Notes under the pieces: model-generated
Seen by the model: the letters and a program-made list of their open reading frames with translations, nothing else
The model's database searches: none
What the model was told of the DNA's origin: nothing
Part shown: one piece after another, positions 57,636-64,000 of the stretch
Numbering within the stretch: the stretch's first letter is position 1
Layout of the letters: each line of letters begins with the position of its first letter
Source of the DNA: an uncultured Clostridia bacterium
GTDB lineage: Bacteria > Bacillota > Clostridia > Christensenellales > UBA1242
NCBI GenBank assembly: GCA_944377165.1
Contig: CALWEJ010000003.1
Span: forward strand, 10,150-74,149
Reading direction: 5' to 3'
Length of the DNA: 64,000 nucleotides
Translations under genes and position numbers: made by a program

Positions 57636-58850
57636 ATGGACGAATACAACAAAGACAATCAACATATTGACTTAGACGAGCACTATGAAGAATTAAGCGG
57701 ACTTTATAGGAAAAAACCATTTTCGCAAAACTATTTATATGCATCACGTAAAAATACCTCTAAGGTTATTTCAGAAGAAAAGAAAGAGTCGCTTTTTGCT
57801 AACGAGAGCAATTTGCCTAGTGAACTTAATGACGAGTATTATGACAACTATATAGAAAAATACACTAATCGCGATAGGGAGTATTGGGATTGGCTCTATA
57901 TTCGTAAATATATGGAAAAGGTGCGAATATTTTACCTTGCGCTGTCGAATGTCTTGTATAGAAAATTCGAACCTATCGATAAAAGCAGTTTACCGAAATT
58001 TATTAATCTAGAATTAATTGGTGCGATAGACATTAATGATTTAGCTTCACAATTAAGCAATGCAGAAAAGGAATTATCACAGCAGTTCAATAAATTTAAA
58101 GAGCGCTCAGTCGTTTCGTCTTATTTCAATAAATATAATCCATTAAAACGTTTGCAACTTTTAGGCGCTAAGGCGTGGACAATGTACCATATGCTAAATA
58201 AGGACTTGCCTGTCCGCGACGTGATAAAATTCACCGATTCGCATAAACGATTTTTAAATTCGGGCTTTCATAACGACGAAGATTTAATTACGATGTATCG
58301 CGGGGCTACGATAGTCAACCGTGAAGTTAGGTTGTATGTTAAACCTAATCTTTTATCTGAACGTCACCCATTCGCAAATCTTTATGACGATATTGCTAGC
58401 GACGAAGTTTATAACGAACTAATATCTTCAATTGGAGGCTACACTACGGACGAATATGATAATATAATGGCGTACGTGCTAGAATATCTCGGAGATAAAG
58501 TAGGTTCGGATAAAGACATTAATGAATTAATTAGTTTTTATAATTCATATGACGAAATCTATAAAAACATATATGATATAAATGCGAAGACGAACGAATT
58601 GAATTTATTAAAATCACAGCGAACAGTTAATCGCTTGCCGTTATTTTCATATGATTCACAATACGATGATGGCGGTTCGTTCGATATGTACGAAACTTGC
58701 ATAGAGGACATACATAGGGCAAAGCATATTCTAAGTACGAATAAATATGTTAATGATAAAATAAGATATGATTTGTCGCGAATAATCAAAGTGGCGAAAG
58801 GTGCAATTGATAATGCTAGCGCACTGCACGAAGAAACACACGAAATCTAA
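57636..58850 (+). CDS. hypothetical protein
   Basis: The track ORF (GTG 57630) more likely starts at ATG 57636 after GAGGTG. 404 aa, acidic and Tyr/Asn-rich. No TM helix, signal peptide or family recognised. Confidence 0.65.
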   Translation: MDEYNKDNQHIDLDEHYEELSGLYRKKPFSQNYLYASRKNTSKVISEEKKESLFANESNLPSELNDEYYDNYIEKYTNRDREYWDWLYIRKYMEKVRIFYLALSNVLYRKFEPIDKSSLPKFINLELIGAIDINDLASQLSNAEKELSQQFNKFKERSVVSSYFNKYNPLKRLQLLGAKAWTMYHMLNKDLPVRDVIKFTDSHKRFLNSGFHNDEDLITMYRGATIVNREVRLYVKPNLLSERHPFANLYDDIASDEVYNELISSIGGYTTDEYDNIMAYVLEYLGDKVGSDKDINELISFYNSYDEIYKNIYDINAKTNELNLLKSQRTVNRLPLFSYDSQYDDGGSFDMYETCIEDIHRAKHILSTNKYVNDKIRYDLSRIIKVAKGAIDNASALHEETHEI

Positions 58851-59106
58851 TTTTATATTAAAATAAATTGTTAAATTAAATCATATTTGACAAATAGTAC
58901 AAGAATTTAGACTAAAAATATATAAAATATACACAAATATTATGAAATAATGATAACTTTATGTTTAAAAAGTAATAGTAAATTTAAACTTATAATGTTA
59001 ATATTGTTATTATTAATATTGCGATATTACATATCAATGTAGTATTATGAATTGAGTTTTTTGTAGATTAGTTTTATCTATAAATAACTTACTTAAACCA
59101 ACAAAT

Positions 59107-59166
59107 AAAGGGCTAGAAATAAATCGAATTACATAATGTGCTTCGAAAATAATAGTCCCTTTTTTA
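59107..59166 (+). repeat. hairpin element AAAGGGCTAGAAATAAATCGAA...AATAGTCCCTTT (copy Y), terminator-like
   Basis: A bulged 9-bp outer stem, an inner TCGAA/TTCGA stem and a trailing TTTTT. It is related to 57252-57292. Confidence 0.55.
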
Positions 59167-59580
59167 TAAATTATTATTAAATTATTAGCTGATTTTTATT
59201 AAATTAATTGCTAAAATTTGCAAAATAAACTATAAAATGTTTGTAAAACAAACGATAAAATAAAGCAATTTTTATATTTAATTAAAATGTAAAGTTTATA
59301 TTTTAATTAAGTATATAGGGCAATAAAAAATGAATTTGTTGCAAATTTAAAGCAAAATATAAAATTTTTTTTGCGAATTTAATAAAAATGTTTGACTTAC
59401 AATTTTCAATTAATTAGAATAATAACATAGCAATCGATGTCGATGTAGATTGCATAAGATAACAAGTAAAATTGCAATTTTATTTGTATTGAGCATTTAG
59501 GTGTAAATCTTATGCTTAAATACATACACTGCCGTTATGAATGCATTAATGACGGCAAATCTAAACAAAAGGGGAAATTT

Positions 59581-60237
59581 ATGACAAAGAATAAATCAAG
59601 AAAAATGACTAAGTCAACTTTCGCCATTATCATTATGGGAATAATGATGGTTGCAATGTTAGCTTTCGGCGGAACATTCGCATACTTTACAGCAACAGCT
59701 ACTTCACAAAGTGGTAGTTTTACTACTGGTAATGTAAAGTTATCTTCTACAGGTTCTTTCGTAGTTTCAGCTGAAAATGTAATGCCTGGCGATTATATCT
59801 TGGGTGGTGCTGATAATAATGCTGAAAATCCAGCTGCTAAATTAACTGTTGAAACAACAGACGATGCTGGAAACTATGTAGCAATTAAGTTCACTATTAC
59901 AGCTACAGACGGAACTGATCAACATAATCCTATTGACCTTGGAGATGTTAACTTGGATGTGACACCATTTACTGGTTGGCAGAAAACTGACACAACAGGC
60001 ATATTCATTTGGGGTTCAAATGGCACTACAGCTACAGCTAAAACAAACGGAGATATTACAATCTTTGAAAATGGATTAACTTTTGATGCTGACGATAACT
60101 GGACTCAAGGTCAAGGAAACAGTGACAACAAATTAATGAATGCAACTGTCACTATTACTTTGGAAGCTAAGTCTATCCAAGCATCTAATATCTCTACAAC
60201 TGAAGCTGTGACTCAATTAATCGCATTATTCGCTTAA
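59581..60237 (+). CDS. TasA/camelysin-like secreted protein with SipW-type signal peptide
   Basis: Track ORF trimmed to ATG 59581 after a GGGGA SD. The signal region is ...MVAMLAFGGTFAYFTATATS, the GGT(F)AYF signature of SipW-cognate signal peptides. The body is Thr/Gly-rich and beta-type. Confidence 0.7.
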   Translation: MTKNKSRKMTKSTFAIIIMGIMMVAMLAFGGTFAYFTATATSQSGSFTTGNVKLSSTGSFVVSAENVMPGDYILGGADNNAENPAAKLTVETTDDAGNYVAIKFTITATDGTDQHNPIDLGDVNLDVTPFTGWQKTDTTGIFIWGSNGTTATAKTNGDITIFENGLTFDADDNWTQGQGNSDNKLMNATVTITLEAKSIQASNISTTEAVTQLIALFA

Positions 60238-60246
60238 TGAGTAAAT

Positions 60247-60274
60247 AAAATCTCTCGATTACGAGAGATTTTTT
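60247..60274 (+). terminator. rho-independent terminator
   Basis: AATCTCTCG-atta-CGAGAGATT followed by TTTT. Confidence 0.85.
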
Positions 60275-60369
60275 ATGCGCTAATAATGAAATATGGATAA
60301 ATAATAATGCTTAGTAATTATAAATGTTAAAAATATAAAAATACTATTAAATAAACCAAATTTAATATA

Positions 60370-60399
60370 AAAACTCTATTTTAATATAGAGCTTTTTTT
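60370..60399 (-). terminator. terminator of minus-strand ORF 60410-61450
   Basis: On the minus strand: CTCTAT-(6 nt)-ATAGAG followed by TTTTT. Confidence 0.55.
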
Positions 60400-60409
60400 A
60401 ACGTTTAAA

Positions 60410-61450
60410 TTAAATTTCTAAAATTTTTAAATCTTTAGCAGATTGATAGACGATAAAATAACCTTCGCTAAGCGGGTCGTCTGGGTCGAGCGGTAGCCAT
60501 TGATAGTGTTTACCTAATTCTTCAGGTGCGGGCTCATTGTAATCGCGCCGTACAGCATAACATATATATTGCATTTCGTCCCCTTGATAAATCGCGCCGA
60601 TAGAATAATTGTCTTTACCCTCGTTTAGTTTAACGAATTTTCCGTTCTCTATGCGTGCATTTAATTCGTCGTCCGGCGCATAATGATTAAACACATATTC
60701 GAATTGCGGTGCAATTTCTTTTATTAAGTCAGGTACACTTTCGCTATTCGACGGCGCTTTTTCTTTGTCCGTGGGGATTGTGCTATTTGAGGCAATATTC
60801 GTATTTTGTTCACCGCTTGTCGCGAGAGTATGTTCATTGTTTTTATTTTCGCTTGTTTCAATACTAGCGTTGTCGTTTAATTTCTTTAAATTGTATTCGT
60901 TTAAAGCATAGTTTTCTTTATTTGCGTAATTCTCAGTAAAAGGGTCTAAATTGTTTTCATTATTTTGAACGGTTGTATTGTTGGAAGAATAGAAGAATTC
61001 TTTATATTTGCAGTGCGCGCAATCTGGTTTTTCTTCGTTTAATTGATTGTCGTATTCGTATGGACAAGCATTTTTTTCTACATTAGACGTATTAAATTCT
61101 TTGCTATTAGAGAATACGTCCGTATCTTCAAAGAAATATCCAGAGTATGTACCGCCCGCGAGTAAGACTTTGTTATTTTGGTCAGTAAGCACTAGCGCGG
61201 TGTAAAAATCGCCGTCCATATCGAAGTCACCTACGAGCGAACTTTCATACACTCCAGCGCGTTCTATAAAATTTGAACTATATACATTATTGTTGTGATA
61301 AACCCCTAATTTGCAATAGCGGTTTAATTTAGGAGCGGAGTATAGGCGCAATTTGCATTTTAATAAGTCATCTTCCATATATAGAGTTAGAATTCCGCGT
61401 CCATTATTCTCGTGTTCGGGCGAAGATAAAATTATTGTTTTACTTTTCAT
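60410..61450 (-). CDS. hypothetical protein with low-complexity N/E/S-rich linker
   Basis: The track ORF starts at 61465, but codons 2-3 of that version form TATAAT (61462-61457) 6 nt before ATG 61450 (MKSKTIILSS...). The shorter form is therefore preferred. No family recognised. Confidence 0.55.
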   Translation of the reverse strand: MKSKTIILSSPEHENNGRGILTLYMEDDLLKCKLRLYSAPKLNRYCKLGVYHNNNVYSSNFIERAGVYESSLVGDFDMDGDFYTALVLTDQNNKVLLAGGTYSGYFFEDTDVFSNSKEFNTSNVEKNACPYEYDNQLNEEKPDCAHCKYKEFFYSSNNTTVQNNENNLDPFTENYANKENYALNEYNLKKLNDNASIETSENKNNEHTLATSGEQNTNIASNSTIPTDKEKAPSNSESVPDLIKEIAPQFEYVFNHYAPDDELNARIENGKFVKLNEGKDNYSIGAIYQGDEMQYICYAVRRDYNEPAPEELGKHYQWLPLDPDDPLSEGYFIVYQSAKDLKILEI

Positions 61451-61678
61451 ACTTATATTATACATTCGTAAAATTTAAGATATGATAAAAATTTTGTTGT
61501 TATTCTTTTAGATTTTAATCTTTTTTAGCGAATTTTATATATTTTGAACTAGAGTGGTTAACACATAAGATAAAATATAGGTCTAACGTTTGACAACTTT
61601 ACGCATTTATGCTAAAATTTAATGTAATTTATGTAAATAAATTTGTGTTTTGGCAATAATTGTAATGCGGGAGTTAAA

Positions 61679-63040
61679 ATGAAAAAGTTTACTAAGATTT
61701 TAATATGTTTAATGTTGTGCTTTGTCCCATTCGTCTTTATGGCTTGCGGAGATAAGGGCAATACATTTAATTATGATAAAGACGCGGTTGTTTACGGCAA
61801 CGGTGGACTTGCTGTCACTAAGGGTAATTATATTTATTTTGTTAATGGTTATAAGTCGCTTGAAGACGATATTACGGACGCTAATCGTTATGACAAATAT
61901 ACTGTCGGTTCGCTTATGGTGGCAGTTTTAGACAATGGTCGACTAAGTTTAGACGAAGACGGATATATTCAAGACGAATATTGTAAAGTAATGTCCGATA
62001 CTTTAGTCGGATATGAGATAACAGACCTTTATATCGTCGGCGATTATTTGTATTTTGCTACACCGGTCGTTGAAGCAGCGGCAGATAGCTCAGGTGAGTT
62101 TACTTGGGATAAAACTATGGTTGATATTGCTAGAGTGCACTTAGGCAGACCTAATCAAGTTGAGCGCGTTTATAGAGCAGGGGTGAGCTATGATTCTATG
62201 GAATATCATTGCTATGAAGTGAATGGCCACGCATATATTGTAGTTTATGAAAAGAGTGATGAAGATAATTCGCTTGTTTGCTATGACGTAGATAATAAGA
62301 AAACTAACAAAATAGCAGACGTGACTAGTGTTTCGCTAAGCGAAAATTCTGTTCATTATGTGCAAGAAGATAGCGAAAATGGCACGAACTATTACTTATA
62401 TTCTTTGAATCTAGCAAACAATGAATCTACTAGAATTAACGGCTATACTACAACTAACAAGATTGAATTAGTTGAATGTACTAATAATTATATCTATGCA
62501 AAAATAACTGAGAATAATAAAACATCTTTGTATTATAATAAAGGCGGAAATTTTGTCCGTATAGTAAATACAGAAGTAGCAGACAATATCTACATTAATA
62601 GCGAAGACAATTATGTCGTTTTGGTCACTTACGGTGACGGTGGCGAAACATATAATATGATTGAATATGTAGATTTGAATAAAAATGATTTTACTATTAC
62701 TGAACTCTATACAGATAACGACGCAACTTCTACTATTAAGATTATTGGCGAGTATTTTGGCTCTATCGTTTATACTTATACGGCGGAATCAAATACTGTA
62801 ATTAAATCAATAAGTGTTGCAAATGCTATTGCTGGTAATAAAGTTGAACCTATCACAATCGTTAGCGCTGAAAATATTGTTGCAGATATGTTCGATGTAG
62901 ATAATGGATTTGTTTATTATTTCAAAACGTCCGGCGAAAGCAATGCTAATGAATATCTATTCAGAGCAAGTATTCGTGAAAATGCTAGCGAGGAGTTAAT
63001 CGGAAAGTTAAATGCAAACGATTTGCCTAGTGAAGAATAA
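61679..63040 (+). CDS. lipoprotein with repeated YIYF/YLYF beta-propeller-like motifs (DUF5050-like)
   Basis: Track ORF trimmed to ATG 61679 after a GGGAG SD. The signal/lipobox is MKKFTKILICLMLCFVPFVFMAC. The motifs GNYIYFVNG, DYLYFATP, NYIYAKI and GFVYYFK recur. Confidence 0.65.
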   Translation: MKKFTKILICLMLCFVPFVFMACGDKGNTFNYDKDAVVYGNGGLAVTKGNYIYFVNGYKSLEDDITDANRYDKYTVGSLMVAVLDNGRLSLDEDGYIQDEYCKVMSDTLVGYEITDLYIVGDYLYFATPVVEAAADSSGEFTWDKTMVDIARVHLGRPNQVERVYRAGVSYDSMEYHCYEVNGHAYIVVYEKSDEDNSLVCYDVDNKKTNKIADVTSVSLSENSVHYVQEDSENGTNYYLYSLNLANNESTRINGYTTTNKIELVECTNNYIYAKITENNKTSLYYNKGGNFVRIVNTEVADNIYINSEDNYVVLVTYGDGGETYNMIEYVDLNKNDFTITELYTDNDATSTIKIIGEYFGSIVYTYTAESNTVIKSISVANAIAGNKVEPITIVSAENIVADMFDVDNGFVYYFKTSGESNANEYLFRASIRENASEELIGKLNANDLPSEE

Positions 63041-63160
63041 AGAATAATTTATAAATGTTTGAATTAAATTTAGTTAGCTATTAAGCTTAAAAACTTAGAA
63101 ATTAAAAAATCTAATAGCACTGAAAACAATTTAAAAATAGTTTAGTTCATAACTTTACTA

Positions 63161-63196
63161 AAAAACTGATAACTAAATGTGAGTTATCAGTTTTTT
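63161..63196. terminator. bidirectional terminator
   Basis: CTGATAAC-(9 nt)-GTTATCAG is flanked by A- and T-runs and lies between convergent genes. Confidence 0.8.
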
Positions 63197-63239
63197 CTTC
63201 GGTTAGTGTAAACTATAATTTAATAAATTTGATTAAAGA

Positions 63240-63977
63240 TTATTTTTTCTTATCCTTAGGTTTTTCGATTTTCTTTTTAGATGTCTTAACTATTTCGTGC
63301 GCGGTCATTTTGCGTGCTATCATAATTTTAGTTTCAGTTGTAGGAGTTAACTCTTTTAGATATCGTTCCAATTTACCCATAAGGTCCTTATAATCTGCGT
63401 CCGTACTTTCTGGGCTATGCAAGTATATTGTTAAGATATTACCTTTTGCTTTAACACCATTAAAATGATTTATATACTTATCCTCATCAAATGAATATGT
63501 GATTTTAAGTCCAGTCACGTTAGCACTACGATATTCTCTACTAACCGTCTTGATAGTATAAGCCTCTTGTAGCTTGCGCATAAAGAATTCAGCATCAAAG
63601 TTAAGCGAAGATAAAAACATTGATTTGAAATTCTCTATAAGCCAATCTTTATGCTTTAATAAACTATCGAAAGGTCTTATTTGCTTAGTATAGTGTTTAT
63701 AGTTTGTGCGTAGAGTGTATCGAATATTTGTTTGTACTTTTTCGGTAGCCATATTTAGTTCGGTTTCGCCATTAATTTGTGTTTTAAATAGTACAATATT
63801 AGATTTCTCTAAATCGTGATTTGGGGTATCATAATAAGTAAAAGTCTTTTTAATTTTGTCGTCAAAATTCATTATATACTTACCGAAAAAACTATTAAGT
63901 TCTAGGACTTTCTCTTTGGTCTTTTCGCTGAACATATAAAATCTTTGTTTACCGCGTATTTTATCAAGTTTTCGCAT
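63240..63977 (-). CDS. hypothetical protein (weak CYTH-like resemblance)
   Basis: 245 aa with an AGGGGTG SD. TFTYYDTPNHDLEKSNIVL resembles the CYTH 'Y-DTP...L' strand, but I saw no N-terminal ExExK. It has a Lys-rich tail. Confidence 0.5.
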   Translation of the reverse strand: MRKLDKIRGKQRFYMFSEKTKEKVLELNSFFGKYIMNFDDKIKKTFTYYDTPNHDLEKSNIVLFKTQINGETELNMATEKVQTNIRYTLRTNYKHYTKQIRPFDSLLKHKDWLIENFKSMFLSSLNFDAEFFMRKLQEAYTIKTVSREYRSANVTGLKITYSFDEDKYINHFNGVKAKGNILTIYLHSPESTDADYKDLMGKLERYLKELTPTTETKIMIARKMTAHEIVKTSKKKIEKPKDKKK

Positions 63978-64000
63978 TCTACACCCCTGTATCTTTACTA

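Noticed and set aside
61722-61931. 69-aa alternative-frame ORF inside the lipoprotein gene, and 43459-43707 and 46868-47053 inside other genes.
   Set aside because: They are embedded in longer ORFs with clear signal, lipobox or family features, and nothing independent supports them.

Overview
This is a low-GC bacterial chromosome segment with Firmicutes/Clostridia-like gene content. It uses the standard code: TGA is used as a stop and TGG encodes Trp. The housekeeping backbone runs as follows: a Mur-ligase 3' fragment; rpmE-prmC-prfA; a complete S10-spc-alpha ribosomal superoperon (rpsJ to rplQ, including secY-adk-map-KOW-infA-rpmJ); the str operon (rpsL-rpsG-fusA-tuf), which unusually lies downstream of rplQ; then trpS, pgk-gpmI, secG-rnr-smpB, tmRNA (ssrA, minus strand), pyk, radC, argS, rpiB and mnmA. 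I saw no rRNA, tRNA, CRISPR array, transposase or integrase. The items most worth a second look are listed here. (1) A barnase/barstar toxin-immunity cassette sits between smpB and ssrA; the barnase has no signal peptide and is fused to a MuF-type zinc-knuckle remnant. (2) A divergent gene pair encodes helicase-associated (HA) domain repeat proteins, one fused to an HNH nuclease with four near-identical tandem repeats. That pair lies in a 5.1-kb block bracketed by two copies of an ~83-nt conserved hairpin element. (3) A 16-codon Trp-containing leader ORF with terminator/antiterminator potential lies upstream of trpS, where no T-box was seen. (4) At least nine genes have a -10 box exactly 6-7 nt before the ATG and no Shine-Dalgarno sequence, which implies leaderless mRNAs. 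(5) Three tandem promoter-hairpin modules precede rpsL. (6) There are several 400-520 bp spacers that are almost entirely A+T. All functional calls come from reading the sequence and recalling family motifs; no searches were run, so novelty claims are untested.
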